A stretch of DNA of 64,000 bases from Octopus sinensis (lineage: Eukaryota). The position numbers and the translations under genes are program-made. Shown here piece by piece: positions 50,186 through 64,000 of the stretch (its first letter is position 1; each line of letters opens with the position of its first letter). The stretch spans positions 22,630,001 through 22,694,000 of the forward strand of contig NC_043001.1 in assembly GCF_006345805.1 (NCBI RefSeq), given 5' to 3'. Below the pieces are notes generated by a model. That model did no database searches, had not been told where the DNA came from, and saw nothing but the letters and a program-made list of their open reading frames with translations.

Positions 50186-52157
50186 GAAAAAAGAATATTG
50201 GATGATCTGTTGGAGTAAAGTTTCTGTAGCATATTTACTGTTGTTACTGGGACAATATGCATATCAAAAATTAAAGTAAAATAAAAGTGTGTATTTGCTG
50301 TGGAGATTTTGATATCTGTTGAATTGATTTCATTAATTTTTTAATTCCACAGTATCAATTTTTCTTCATAGTAAAGAAATGTCTGAATTAAAATTATGCT
50401 CACACACTGATATATGTAAACCAGTGTCCTTACCTTGGTTGTTACAGTCACATCAGTTTAGCTCTGAAGCTATATAGCAACTAAAATGAGAATGCAAGTC
50501 TGAGTACATTAGTGTATAATAATTCTTCATTTCAGAAATTCAAATTATTTATTGTTTTTGATTGGCAAAATTGAGTAGCATTTCCCATTAGTATGTCAAG
50601 TATGTGTTTTGCTTGGACATACATGTAATTCTGTTAAAAGTCAAAAGTTTGTGTTGTCACAAACACACGGACTTTGTATCTAAAAGTTCTTATTTGAATA
50701 CTCAATGTAAAATATCATGTGGAAAGTATATTTTGTTGTTGCAGCAAGTTTCAACTCTTACTGTCACTGGCCACTATAAGCATAGTCGTCTCCAAACATC
50801 TGTACACATCTATAACATTCTACAACATTACTACAATTTTATCTAAAGAACACTACCCTCCTACTCACTCCAAACAAAACACATGCACACAAGATTAACA
50901 GCAGTAGCAATGGCCTCATTAATCCCTATCAGTGAGCTGGGATGCATTGCACCAATAAGTGCAGAGGAATAGTAACTGATATGCTCCAATGTAGACCACT
51001 TCACTATAGTCATTGCCAGAATGAAGGACCTTTAATTTGGTTACTAGAAAGAGCAGCCAAATCTTCCTCAAATCACATTCTATTCTTTTCTGGAAACACG
51101 AGGATATTTTGGACTAGGATAAGGAGAGCTTATGTACTGTGCTTGAAGAAGAAGACATGATGGTCAAGGCTGAAATGCCTTTGATTGTAGGCCTAATCTA
51201 TCAAGGCTGACCTGGGGCTAAACTATTATTACTACCAGTGTACAAAAATCCAACGTTGTCACAGTGCACATTATTGCATGTCCGGGTGTACATCTGTCTT
51301 CCAACAGATGAAGGCATGGCTTACCCGAACAACTGTGAATTGCACTTTATCATTTGATTGACTGTGTCATAAGTCTGGGCTATTGGAGGTGACTTGAGGC
51401 TTAATAACAACATCAGTAACTGTAGTATATCTGAAGACTTGCTTGCACATTTTTGTAATAAAACTTTCATTTTGATTTGATGCTGAAATATTTTCATTAG
51501 CATAAGAATTAAAATGTTTCAACTTCAGATAATTAAATGAGTTTAGTCTTTTGATGAAAATTTAAGCATTAAGGTGAATGTTATGATTATCATTGAAAAT
51601 ACAGGTTTTTGATAGTGTTTCTAAAGAAATATGGAAACTTTCAATTATTAATTGTATATGAGAAACATTTCATTTAAATTATTACATTTTGTATATACAT
51701 ATTTTGAAGATTAAATTTAAAAGCCATACACTTCTCTTTCTAATTTCTCTCTCTTCAATGTAAATTCAATTTTATTTTATTGATTCGAGATTGATCATTA
51801 AAATATGTATGTTAGAATATTTAAGTTAGTATTCCTCGACCTTTTCCATAATTATAGCAAGTGCTCTCCAAGTAATACATCTCTATCTCTACTATTGATG
51901 GCTTCTTGGTGTGCTGCAGCACCCCAGGTGATAAATGCTGTTTTAAGTCAATACTTCACAATCTTCAATTGTTACAATTTTTTAAAAAGATGAAAAAGAA
52001 ATTTGAGAATATGTTAATTAAAATATTTTTATATAGTTATTTGATTATGTTGATGTGTACGCTCAAGTCGATTCTGATTGAGCAGGCCTAAGACATATAA
52101 TCAATCAAAAGACTGTGCAATCTACAAATCTTTTGTTCTCAATATATGCCTTTACCA

Positions 52158-52560
52158 CAGTGATTCTCAGCCAGGGTTCATATGACCCATGGGGGTTTAA
52201 CCCTTTCGTTACCAACCCGGCTGAAACCGGCTCTGGCTCTTTAGTACAAATGTCTGGTTTTCAAAAGTTCTGAATTAAATCCTTCCACAATTCCTAAGTC
52301 ACAATTTATGTCCTAACTCTAGCTTAATGATAACACTGGGCATCTCAGAATAAATTCAGTAACGAAAGGGCTAAATAAGATTTTTTTGTTAAAATTTAGG
52401 TGCAATAAATTGACTATATCTCTACAATACACCAAATATTTAATTTTTCATGCAATTTCTAAAAATATTTAATTATAAAAAATATAATAGTTTTTTAAAC
52501 ATTAAATGGCTGTGAGGGTCTACCCAAGTAAAATAGGAAGCAAGGGGATCCATGGGATCA
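52158..52560 (+). mobile_element. hAT-type MITE remnant interrupted by the P2 MITE
   Basis: CAGTGATTCTCAGCCAGGG start resembles the Charlie-type TIR CAGTGGTTCTCAACC. GGGGATCCATGG near 52545. Confidence 0.5.
52201..52370 (+). mobile_element. piggyBac-type MITE family P2, young
   Basis: Perfect 12-bp TIRs CCCTTTCGTTAC / GTAACGAAAGGG, flanked by TTAA and CTAA. Confidence 0.9.
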
Positions 52561-53891
52561 GGTTACTAGCAAGGGCTTATTATCTCACAGCATACTGATA
52601 CCTGTTATACTTTCAAAATGTCTTAAAAGTTGAAAAGCAGGTACTCTTTCTTGTCTGTGGACTTGGATCTAATTAGACACCCCACAAACACACACATGCA
52701 TGCATATTACCACTAACTAATACTTAAACCACACATCTTTTTCTCTCAGAGACACAAATCTCTCACCATCTATACTATCCAGACCACATTCTGTAATCAA
52801 GTTTCATTCTGAAAGGTGGTACCTGCATACGTATATAAATAATAAATTCTACTCTTCTTGCCACTCACATTTCTCATCTGGACTTCCAGTTACTCTAGCT
52901 CAGTCTCCCTTCTTCAATCTTCTCAGTATATAGTCTTTGCAATTATTGGGTTGTTTGACCATTTCCTTATCTTAATTGCTCACCATACATTCACATAAAA
53001 TGCACCTCCCTAATACTTGGACATGGCACTTGAGTTTGCTAAATGCTCAGATCTCTGTCAGTTCTACATTAACTGTCTGTGATAGCACATAAGCTTCATT
53101 CCTGACCTATCGAAGACTTCTACATATGTGATAGAAACCATCCGTTTTGGGCATATCCCTCCACATCCTACACACAGCCAAAAAAGTTAGGGAAACTGTT
53201 TATCATGTGGTTGTCATGACTTTGTGATGCAGAAAGTGATGTTCTAGAGATGAGTTACTGTAGTTTAGTTTAAAGTTGTGTTAGTGTGAATTGTTTAAAA
53301 TATGAACAAAGTTTATTTGATATGCTTGTTTTTGTGTACATCTAATGATTGTGCTTGGGAGTGCATTAAAGTATTTATTTAGTTAGTGAATGTTGTTATT
53401 TAGCCAGTGGTCAACCCAGGTTGTTTAAGAGGCATATTTGGTTTCTATTTCTAGCAGGTGAAGCAACCATGTAGAGACTACTTTGTTAGCTTGTATTAGG
53501 ACATGCAACCTAGTTAGGTATGTGGTATTTTGTATATTATGTTAGTGTTTTGTGTTACTGGTTTTATATTTCCCAAGTTACTCTATTCATGTCTAAGTTG
53601 CACCCCTAATTCAGTGCTAAATATTTGTAAAAAGAAGTTTTTTTCCTCTTCATATTCAAACTTGATATCAGCTTTGCTCTGTGTATTAGTTGAATCCCAG
53701 TTTTTCCAGTTGGAAATCAGGTATACAATGGTGCAACTTATGTGTGAGTAAATACACTACTTGCATTCTAATGCTTTGTCGAGTCAAATTCATGTGTATG
53801 GTATCTATGTAGTGGATATGTAATTTTATGTATATTTTGACGTCTTCACTATAGTTTGGCCCGTACTGCCTTATTATTAAGGTGGAATTAA

Positions 53892-54097
53892 CCCTTTAGC
53901 ATTCAGATTGTTCTGTTAAATTTAGTGCTTATTATTTACATTGTTTGGAATAAATCATGTATTATCTTACAACTTTGAGGTTTTTATGATGTTATTGCTT
54001 ATTTTTAAAAGGGTGTGGGGTAGGTTGGGCAGATTGCATTTGGCTGGTTTGAACAAAAAGCAGGTAGAATATTTAAGCTGGATATGGTTGGTTTGAA
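53892..54097 (-). mobile_element. MITE P1
   Basis: TTAA+CCCTTTAGCATTCAGATT. Right end degenerate. Confidence 0.7.
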
Positions 54098-56295
54098 TAG
54101 GATGCAAGTTGATCTGTGTCAAGGTTGTATTACTGTTTCTTGCAGTATTGCCATCTGAATGTTATGTCACAATGGTGTCTTCTCAGCTGTTAGTATTAAT
54201 TTTCTTTGGTCATATACTAGGGACTCAGTTCTTCACCATATTCATCCATTTTCTTAGATAATTAGGTGAAATATAAAACAGATTTGACTGTTATTTCTAG
54301 TAGTTTAAATGACTGCATAGAAGCTCCCTCTTTAGTTGAAATTATTATTTTTTTCTTCTTCTGTTCTTTTATGTAGCATTGCAACAAGTGGCTGTTAACA
54401 TTTTTATTAGTAAATATTTAATACTGTAAAATACCACTACTAATTGTCAGATCAATTAATATATTTTTAGTGGTAAGAGTAAGTATTTACACCTGCTTGT
54501 GCCACTCTTTGCAGCTTTGCATTTCCATTCAGAATACTTTTACAGAATGTTATTAAGGAAAAATATTCATAGAGATTGACCAAGTTGATCTCTCTCTCTC
54601 TCTCACTCCCACACAGAAAATATATCATTCTATGTCTGCTTTCATTGCTTGCATGGGATGTAGGGATATGTTTTGCTCCATTGTCTCAGTCTTTGCAGGG
54701 TTTTTATAGCTGAATGCCCTTCCTAATGCCAACCACTTTATGAGGTGTACTGGGTACTTTTTTTATTATTCAAAAAGAAGTTTAGCACCAGCACTAGTGG
54801 GGTCACTTTGTAATTTGCAACACTAAAAAAAATAAATAAATAAAAAGCACCCTTCACTGGAAGAATAGAAGATAAGGTGGCCATTTTATGCAAGGTGTGG
54901 AGAGGTGAAAGCGCAGTGAGTGGTTTACTGTTGTGGAGGAGATTCATAGCCATCTCACATTTTATATGGTTGGTTGGGTAGGGATTGCTGGAGTGGCAGC
55001 AGAAAGGGAGACATATGGTGGTGATGAGGTGGCAGAATGTATGTATGTATGTATAAAGTCACATTCAAGAAAGTGCATAAAAGAACCGGGAAGGTGGGTG
55101 AAGTTGTATGAGTGTAGGGGAGAGTGAGAAGTGGATAGAAATATGTGATAGGGGTGGCCAGATGTACATATGGGGCAGATATAGTAAATGATGACCAGGG
55201 GTGAGACTTGTGGTTTAGAAGTTCACTTCATAATCATGCGGTTTCAGGTTCAATCTCATTGCCTGGAACTTTGGGCAAAGGTCTTTTATTATTGAATTTT
55301 TGGATAGACTAATGTTATATACATTATATATATAATTGAATAAGCCCTGGAATGAAGTATTTATCAGGTTTGAAAGTTTGACTTTATTGTTGTGATGTAC
55401 AGTAAAAGTGCAAGGAAGATCCTATAAAGTATAAATATTAAGTTTATATAGAGCATTAATTTATGTTAATCCTTTTAGCATTAAGGGTAGATGAAATTGT
55501 TGTTAAATTGCTTAATTGCTGTCATAAAGGATATTGAATGACAACTCCTTCATTTTTCTTCATTTAGAAAGCTTTCAGACATAAATATAACTCTTTTCTT
55601 TTTTTTTTCTTTTTTTTTAAAGGGAATGTCATTCAGATGAAAAGATAATTTCATATATCACAGTTGTTGCAACACACACACACATAACAACAATGCATTG
55701 ACTCATTCCTATAAATACATTCATTCACAAAGTCATAAAAATGTTTTTGTTATTCATATCTGTTGATTTACTTCTCTTATATAATCAAGGTGTCAAAGTA
55801 GGCAATTGGTATTATATAAACGAGTACATTGAACTCCTCACTGTAGCTATTATTATTATGACATATAAGAATAGAAAGTTTGTTCTGTACTAACAATTTA
55901 TGTTGTTTATAGCAAGATATGAGTATTATGCAAAAGCTGTTATTGATTTCTTTTAATTTGGCTAGATTTTTCAAGAGCAAGCTACACTTCTCTAAATAGA
56001 TTCCATTATATTATAGAAACTTAAGGAATTATTTCTGGAGGTCAGAAATGTATAGTTGATCCAAGTAGGATTTGAACTCGAGGCTGAGAAGAACGCACTA
56101 TTTTCTTACTCTCTTCAGTGTTTCCAATTCCACTGCTGGGGTTGACTTTGCCTTTCGTTCTTTTGAGGTTGATAAAATGAGTACTGGTCAAGCACTGGCA
56201 TCAACTTACCTCTTCCTCTAAAACTGTTTGCCTTGTGCCAAAATTTGAAACTATTGTTAATACTCTTATAATAAAACCAATACTTATTTTTATCA

Positions 56296-56480
56296 GCATC
56301 ATTTAATGTCCATTGTCCATGCTGGCATGGGTTGGATGGTTTGACTGGGCTGGCATACTGGAAGGCTGCACCAGACTCCAGTCTGACTTTGGCAAGGTTT
56401 TCTACGGTTGGGTGCCCTTTCTAATGCCAACCACTCTGAGAGTGTAATGGGTGCTTTTATGTGCCACCCGCATGGGTGCA
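56296..56480 (-). mobile_element. retroposon family B
   Basis: CATCATTTAATGTCCATTGTCCATGCTGGCATGGGTTGG..GCCAACCACTCTGAGAG. Confidence 0.8.
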
Positions 56481-56917
56481 AATTTGTGTGACACTTGGTA
56501 TTTTCCACAATACTTATATATAATATTATGTATTATTATAAGGATTTTATATTTGCAAAAAAAAAAAAATGTTTAGAAATTCAAATATTTCCTGAAATGT
56601 TACACTGAAAGTGTTCAAAATCTCTTCTATAATAAATCATATGCAAGGTGAAATGTGAGAATCAAACAATGACTTACATATTTATTATTTATACTTAATA
56701 CATTCCAGCGGATTGAGTGTTACCCATTTACATTACTGAATCTGGTGTGTTATGAACACATTTGTCTGAAAAGAGTAGTTGATCTCCTATGATTAAAAAT
56801 TTCAGCAATTAGTATATCCATGTTCAAATATACTAGAACATCTTAAAAATAAGTATGCAACTCATTCTTTTCTATTTTTTTTTATTTAAAAAAAAAAGTT
56901 GGACATTTCAGTGTTAA

Positions 56918-57130
56918 TCCTTTAACATTCATGATTATTGTAAAAAGTAATGCTAATTTATTCACATTGTTTTGAATTAATCATACATTATCTTCTATCT
57001 TTGAGATTTTGATGAGGTAACAGTTAATTTTTAGAATGATATTTATTGTAGGGTTGGTGTGAGAGGCCAGTTTGAATATAAAAGCCCTGGAATATTTTGA
57101 CAAGATATGGCCAGTTCAAATGCTAAAGAG
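56918..57130 (-). mobile_element. MITE P1
   Basis: TTAA at 56914 and 57131, ends TCCTTTAACATTCA / AAATGCTAAAGAG. Confidence 0.75.
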
Positions 57131-60100
57131 TTAAAGTAGATTTGCAAATTAATACACAACTGTATTTTCTATCATTGGCAGACTGTTGTTGTGTTATCAT
57201 GGCTAAGTTTTACTCAAACTTATGTTGCTGAAGTCATCAATCAATGAAATGGTAATCCACAGGCCTAGTATTTGGGATACGCAATGCTTCTATGCTGTAT
57301 GGATATATATAGACAATTTGTCATGCAGTATATAGTTGAATAGTGTTGCAGTTATCACATGATGGTTTTGTTGTCCATTCAGGTTTTATATGATCAAAGA
57401 GTAAGATGATTGATTTCTCGAGGAATTAAAGTTGGTTATTTTATTGAATGTTTATTATTTGGATTAGATCAATGATGGAGGATAGTGTTGTAATGTTCAA
57501 GGAGTGTTGAGGATGTGTCTAAAAGTAGTTGAAGTCTGTTTTATTTTTTAAGAGTTGGGTTTCTTTTTCATTTGTTTAGTATATTGGGGTTTAATTTCAC
57601 TTCGTTTCTGTTCATCTTTTACTGTTTTAGTTTATTCTGTCTTGCCTTTTCCTTACCAAATGTTTATGTGGGTGCATTGGTGAATCATTTAGACATTTTA
57701 GTTAGGATTATTGTTCTTCATGCTTTGTCTATTTGTTTGCACTGTACTGTATGTATTGAGTTCATTTCAATAGTGTCTGAGATGCTGTTAATGTAAATGT
57801 CGTGTAAATTGGTGAAAATATGAGAGATTAGTAGGGGTATGTTTTATATGTATTTGTTAGAATTACTGAATAATTTAACTTGTGGCACCATTTCCATTAT
57901 ATTTGTTGTAATGTCTATGTAGAATATATATATGATACTTCATTCTATGTAAATATTCCTCTCCCACACCACTCTAAAATAGTTTGTGGGGTATAACCTT
58001 TAGAGATAACCAAAAACCAGTGAGATTTTGACCTAGTTGGGTCTCATCAACTTCAATGCCATTAGTGTAGGAACATTTTCTTATATATATATATATATAT
58101 AATTAATTCATTAATATGTTTTATTATTTTCACTTAGTTTATGTCATAAGTGCATTTCCCATGGTTTTGCCTCTCCTGTATTATGAAGGTGTAACCTGAG
58201 ATTTATGGAACAGAGCTGTGTTCTAATTCTAGTTGGTTTCTTTTATTTGTGTAAATGTTTTTTAGTTTTATTTATCTGGTGAACATTTTAGGCTTATGCA
58301 TATATATCTAATGCGTATTTCAGTTGCACTGCACTATACTTAGATATATGTTGGCTGAGACAGTATTTTGTCCTGGATTTTAGGTGTAAAATGCCTTTTT
58401 TGTCAAAAATTTGTTGTGTTGAGTGTTATTGTATTGTGTGCAGGATATTGAAAATGTTTTGTAACAGCAGGTATTATTGGATAAGTTGCCTAGTTTTTGA
58501 AAAACCAGTGACAAAAGATTCAATTACTCCAGGTTGTGGTTGTATGTTGGGTCACATAGCACCTCATCACTTATAGTGTACATCAGCTATCATCACATAC
58601 AACAGCAGAGAAAATTAGCCACCAGCATGATAAAATGTACCTAAATCACTGTCTTAGGTAAGAAAACTAGAGTCTTCCTTTACTTTCTGTCAGTTCTTAT
58701 TCAAAGTTACTGCCTTCCTAGATGGGTAGCTTGTAATACAACTTGGGGAATCAATGTCGCATTTGTACAGACTACAGATGTGTATTTGCAGCTTACTCAG
58801 AAGGATGGTGTCCAGACCTTTTTTGCAGAGTATCTGAGAGTGGTTGGGGAAAGAAAAGAAACTGTAAATAAATGTAATATATCAATTGTAGAAGCATCGA
58901 TTAATGGTAAATGATTCTCCTTCCATATATGTTCATTTATTTCTGATTTGCTGGTCTCTTCTGGTCATTATTTCTTTCAGCTGGACAGAGTATCCTGTTT
59001 CACTTTTCTTTGTTCAGATTGCTCTTTATATTATATTATATTCTTTCTTTATAACTTCCTAGAGTTGTGAAGAGAAATATGAAGAAATATGGCATTGCTC
59101 TTGAAGTTTGTCCTGACATTTAATTTGCTTCACATCAGCAGATCTTTTATTACAATTTATAATTATAGTAATTTTCTCTTTAATTCCTTCTCCTTTTGGG
59201 GCGGGTGGTTAAAAAATTTTGGTGGTTATTCATTCCTTAAGAATGTTTTATTCATATGGTCCACCTTCTAGTGACTTATATGAATATATTAAATAATATG
59301 AATAGGATTTTAAGCAAATGGTAACAAAGACAGCAGCTTTAGTTGATGGCATTAACTGGGTTGAGAGTAGGAAGATATATTAAAGTTAGTGCAGCTGTGC
59401 TTAGCTAGGGACAAAAATATACAACTGCAATTGGAGAGGAAGGAAAGTTTGTCTTCTGGTTTTAAATTGGTCGGTTTTCATAATCTACTACTGGAAAAGT
59501 AAGGTTGTATGTTAGCAGCAGTAGCTGATAGCTTCCAGATGTTGAAGATTTTTGTTCTATGTTTGCAGAACAGCAATACTGTCTCTTAGTGAACTCAGAG
59601 GTTTGGTATAGTGCTGTGACAGAGTGGAGAATACAATGAAAAATGTTGTGTCACAAGCAAATTTAGAAGCTTATCAGTTTGTAAAACTATTAATGACTGC
59701 AGTTAACAAATGTGAGAACTGATAAAGATTCAAATAATTATTTAAGTTTAGGGAATGATTAATTAATTGTTTTAATTACTATGTAAATAAGCCCATTTTT
59801 GGAGAAACAGCATGCAGTAACAGCAGTATCTAATTGAAAAAAAAAAAAAGAAAAAGAAAAAAATCAACTCATTACTTATTGCCTGAATAAACTGCTAATT
59901 AATATAAAATGTTTTTGAACTTTGAAATAAATTAAGAGGAAAAGCAAAATAAAACTATTAATGGTATTGTAAAACTATTTAAGCTCATGATTTCCTGTGT
60001 TAGATAGTTATTACAGTTCATGTCAGGCTTAGCTAATGCTTGTTAGATGGAACCAACTTGTTTGTAGGCTTATATTTTGTCTGGTATTATGAATTACCAG

Positions 60101-60389
60101 ATTTTTACAATTTTTTAAAATCCAGCCTGCCTTATTTGTGTTTAGATTATTACAAATACTTTTCTTGAATGAACTAATTTTACCCAGTTGTTTTTCTTAT
60201 GTTCAAACTCTCCTTACATGTACTTTTAACGTTTTAAATCTTTCTCATTTTTGTGGATGTCTGTTAGCAGATTACTGGGATGGCCATATGCTAGTCCGTT
60301 TGTCGGACATGTTGAGGACCAAATCTAACCCTAGTTCACCACCTACCCCAGATACTTTATGGATTTTTTGTTGAAGGCTGTATCAATAT

Positions 60390-61720
60390 CATCTCCATTA
60401 CCTGTGCACAGCTCAACTTCTCCATCAGCTTCGTTGATTCCTTCCACCCTGTTCTAGATTTCACATTCGTCTTCTCTATCACCCCTGTTAAGTTCATGCT
60501 CTGTTGATTACCCCAACATAATGACCCAACATCACTCCTTTCTATATTTCACCTCACTTCATCCTACCCATATCACATCTAATCTTATCTATCTACAAAT
60601 TTTTTTTATCTATCTCACCTCTGTAGCCATGGCTCCAGCTCAGTCACACCAGATGTCTCCTACTCACACATTGGTTTTTATCCCCAACCAGTCTTTGATG
60701 CTGAAACTGTGGTATCTGGGCTATTGAATTCACTGCTGTGCTCTTGCTTTGTATCTGTCACACAACTGCCTTTCCCTCATCTGCCATCCTGTCACTTCAC
60801 CACACCAATGTACCGTTCAGCAGCACTTTTATCTCCTTCAATCTGATCTTGCTACTTTCCATCTCATATCTGAACACCCTCTTCCGTTCTTCAAAATCAA
60901 CTGCAATCCTGTTCCTTCATCCAAAATGACACCACACCTCACAGATCTAACTTCTCCTACCATGTCACTAACCATTTCACCTGTACCACTAAATATGTTA
61001 TTTACTGCATTGAATGCTGGGGGCTTCCTCATTGTTTGAGAAACTTCGTCTAAGATATGCACGCAGGCTGTTTTAGGGAACACATTTTAGATGTCAAATA
61101 TAACAACTCTAGATCACTCTGACCTGTGCTGTACTTTTACACCAGGGATTAATCACCCCCAGCCCCTGCTTGTCTGTTGTAAAACTAAATTCCATCTCCA
61201 CAAAACTCACCCAACTGGAATGACATGTTTTCTTGTTGTCCTTTAATAATTTGTTTCCTTTTATTAACTCTGCCTCCCACCTAATACCACCAACACCCCG
61301 ATAAGTGCCCTCCTGTACACTTCAACCTCTTTCCATCTCAGTACACACACACACACACACCACCTACACAACATATCACACACCCATGTACTTACTTAAT
61401 ATGGTTATATACAATCCCCTATACTTTAATACTCTCCCCTCTACACACACACACACACACACACACACTTAATCCCACTGGCTGGAAAACACTCTACTGG
61501 CTATAAAATGCCATTCCTCTGTACCTACTTCCATAAATTCAATTTGCTGTTGCTTTCATTGTAAACACTGCTTCAATGGAGCTTCTCTCTAGATAAGGAC
61601 TATTGTTTGAAATATCGAACTCTCCTCTGTTTCTTCCTTGGAGCGTGAAATTAATTACATTGTACCTGTTTGGTGTCTGTTTTTGACATTTTTGTTTTTG
61701 ATATTTCATTACCATATGTT
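60390..61720 (+). mobile_element. decayed Penelope-like element (RT C-terminus, GIY-YIG endonuclease, 3' end)
   Basis: FVDSFHPVLDFT resembles F.NSFHP.L.FT; HSFLYFTSLHPTH resembles HSYL.YSS.HP.H; NHFTCTTKYVIYCIEC..FREHILDV resembles FTCTS.NVIYCI.C..YIGET..FREHL.DV. Confidence 0.8.
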
Positions 61721-62434
61721 GATGCAGACTTGATTACTTCTGGATTGGATTTATATTGTTTCTTTCTCATTAATTGCCTTTATTTTATTGTTTATTTACA
61801 GTCTATTTCACCCACCTTTTTTTGTATATCACATAATTTGCAGTTTATTTTTATTTTATCAGAGAATTAGTTTATCAACAAAGGCAGTAGTTTCCTAAAC
61901 CACTAATTGCTCTGAACTGTTAACATTAACCTGTCATAGCTCATTCTCTACATAAATTAGATAAACTGATAACAAAGCTTTATGTGAACTACCACAATAG
62001 TCCAATAACCTTTAGACTTTAGATGATGCAGACAGATCGGTTTCACTAGTAAATTTAGAACTCTTAATTATCGATTGATTGTCAGTATAAATGAAATTTT
62101 TGTTCTGTCCCCCCACCAACTCCTTTCCAAAAATTTAATTCTACTAAATTACCTACATTTTCATAAGAAATCTGTATTGCTGCATTTAACCTGAGCCATA
62201 TTCAATTATCCTTCAGAAATTTCAAACTTCTATTTTTTTTTTTCATTTTAACAAAGAAAAGCATTTCATCAGCAACTCTTCAGGTTTTCAAAATTAAATT
62301 GTTACCTCCAGAGGTAGGGCTTATGACCATCATCCCAAACTAGTGAAGCCTACTTAAGTGCTCTAATCAGTTCTCAAGCCAAGGTTTTAAAAGCTTTATT
62401 AAAATAAGTTGGCTTCAGGGTAAATATTTTGTGA

Positions 62435-62790
62435 GCATGGCTGTGTGGTTAAGATTGTTTTGCAACCATATAGTTCCAGGTTCTCTCTCATTGCATGGCA
62501 CTTTGGATAAACGTTTTCCACTATGGGCCCAGGTTGACCGATGCCTTGTGACTCAATTTGGTAGGCGGAAAATGTGTGAAATCCCATTATGTATGTGTGT
62601 GTGAGTGTTTTTGCATTTCACAACCAGCGTTGGTTTGTTTACTTCCCTGTAACTTAACGGTCTGGTAAAAGTAACTGATAAAATTAGTACCAAACTTAAA
62701 AAGAAAAAAAAAAGAAGCAAGTACTGGAGTTGATTTGACTAAATCCTTCAAGGTGACACTCCAATGACTGGGACAAGTGAAAGGCATAAA
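62435..62790 (+). mobile_element. SINE family A variant
   Basis: GCATGGCTGTGTGGTTAAG..TCCCTGTAACTTAACGG..ATTAGTACC. Confidence 0.8.
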
Positions 62791-63309
62791 ATATAAGAGT
62801 TATATAAAAGATTTACCCAAACAATTTTTCATTGCTGAATATATTATTATTTTTTATCACTATGGACAATCTATTCTAAACCAATCATCCATGCTTGAAT
62901 TCATAATTCTCACCAGATTACTGAATGTATATGTGATAGCTTGTGATGTTTCTTTGTTACACTTTTAGGTAACAAAAGCAATATAGAGATGTTTTTTGGT
63001 TAAGTCTTTTCAAGAAACTAGTTATTAGTGATGTGTAGTTTCCTCTTCCACCAACCATGTTGTGGTTAACTGTTATTATTATTATATTATTATAATATCT
63101 GCTTTCACAGTTTTCTTTCATTGATACCCATTATGTTATGTGATATATTTAATATCAAAAATATCAAGTAACTAGTAGTGTTCCCACCCACTTTTAATAA
63201 TTCATATGAGAGCTATTGTTACAAATAATACTTTTGTTTTTTAAATTCCTTAATGATTGAGCTTATTGACCGATATAACTGACCATTGAAACAGGATCTT
63301 CAGCTTAAG

Positions 63310-63675
63310 AAATATCTCTTGGGTGTATGGTTGAGAATCTTGCTTTGCAACCATGGGTTTTCAAGTTTAGTTCCACTGCACTGCACTTCGGGCTAGTGTC
63401 TTCTATAGCCTTGGGCCAACCAATGCTTTGTGAATGAATTTGGTAGATGGAGACTTTCTGTGTGTGTTTTTGTGCTTCTCTCTGTCTGTTCACACATTGC
63501 ATGACAACTGGTGTTTGCTTATGTCCCTGTAACTTAGCAATTTAGCAAAAGAGATTAATAGAATAAGTACCAGACTTAAAAATAAGTACTGGAATTGATT
63601 TGTTTAACTAAACCCTTCACAACGATGCCTCTGCATGGCTACAGTCTAGTAACTGAAATGAGTAAAGGTAAAAGT
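63310..63675 (+). mobile_element. SINE family A variant
   Basis: CTTTGCAACCATGG..CTATAGCCTTGGGCCAACC..AGAATAAGTACCAG..GAGTAAAGG. Confidence 0.8.
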
Positions 63676-64000
63676 GGTATCTTTTCTAATACTAATTTTT
63701 TTCAGTTTTAGCATATTTTCACCCATCTCCATATAACAGATTAATATACTGAACCATAAAAGAAACGTCACATTGTAAAAGATTTTTTTGTTTCACAGAT
63801 ATTGAGATGATATGGATTCTATCACATTTCTGGGTAATTTGACATCAGGAAGATGTCATTGACCCACAACACCACTCTCTTTTGAAAACACAAAGATTGC
63901 ATGTAGGGTTCAAACTCACTCACTTTTTGTGAACATGGTAATGTTCGTGAGCACATCTTTATGGAAAGCATGATGCATGTTCAAAATGTCGACTCATTGA

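Noticed and set aside
53710-53743. Candidate + strand exon (GNQVYNGATY) and similar AG..GT segments at 54376-54408, 59064-59121 and 63799-63833
   Set aside because: No homology and no way to link them by frame; expected by chance in 64 kb of AT-rich DNA.
63285-63305. RSCFN resembling SEPSECS QKSCFK
   Set aside because: Preceded by an in-frame stop, with no flanking similarity.

Overview
AT-rich, repeat-dense animal genomic DNA. The tRNA-derived SINE families resemble those I recall from octopus (inference, not searched). Most of the window is intron-like sequence made of SINEs, decayed LINEs (CR1/L2-type), a Penelope-like element, mariner and hAT transposase remnants, TTAA-flanked piggyBac-type MITEs and (TA)n/(CA)n microsatellites. 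Only one host coding exon is recognisable: a 130-nt minus-strand exon (46572-46701) of SEPSECS (O-phosphoseryl-tRNA(Sec) selenium transferase). A 5'-truncated SINE has inserted exactly at its 3' splice site and duplicated the acceptor AG. I found no other SEPSECS exon by eye anywhere in the 64 kb. The first ~4.5 kb retains CpGs and looks like an unmethylated promoter region; the rest is CpG-depleted and appears T>A/G>C skewed on the + strand. A local patchwork of templated duplications lies at ~16.0-16.3 kb. There is no CRISPR array, rRNA or intact tRNA gene. Nearly all ORFs in the supplied track are spurious (repeats, microsatellites, antisense frames). Repeat boundaries are read by eye and are approximate unless a TSD or TIR is quoted.
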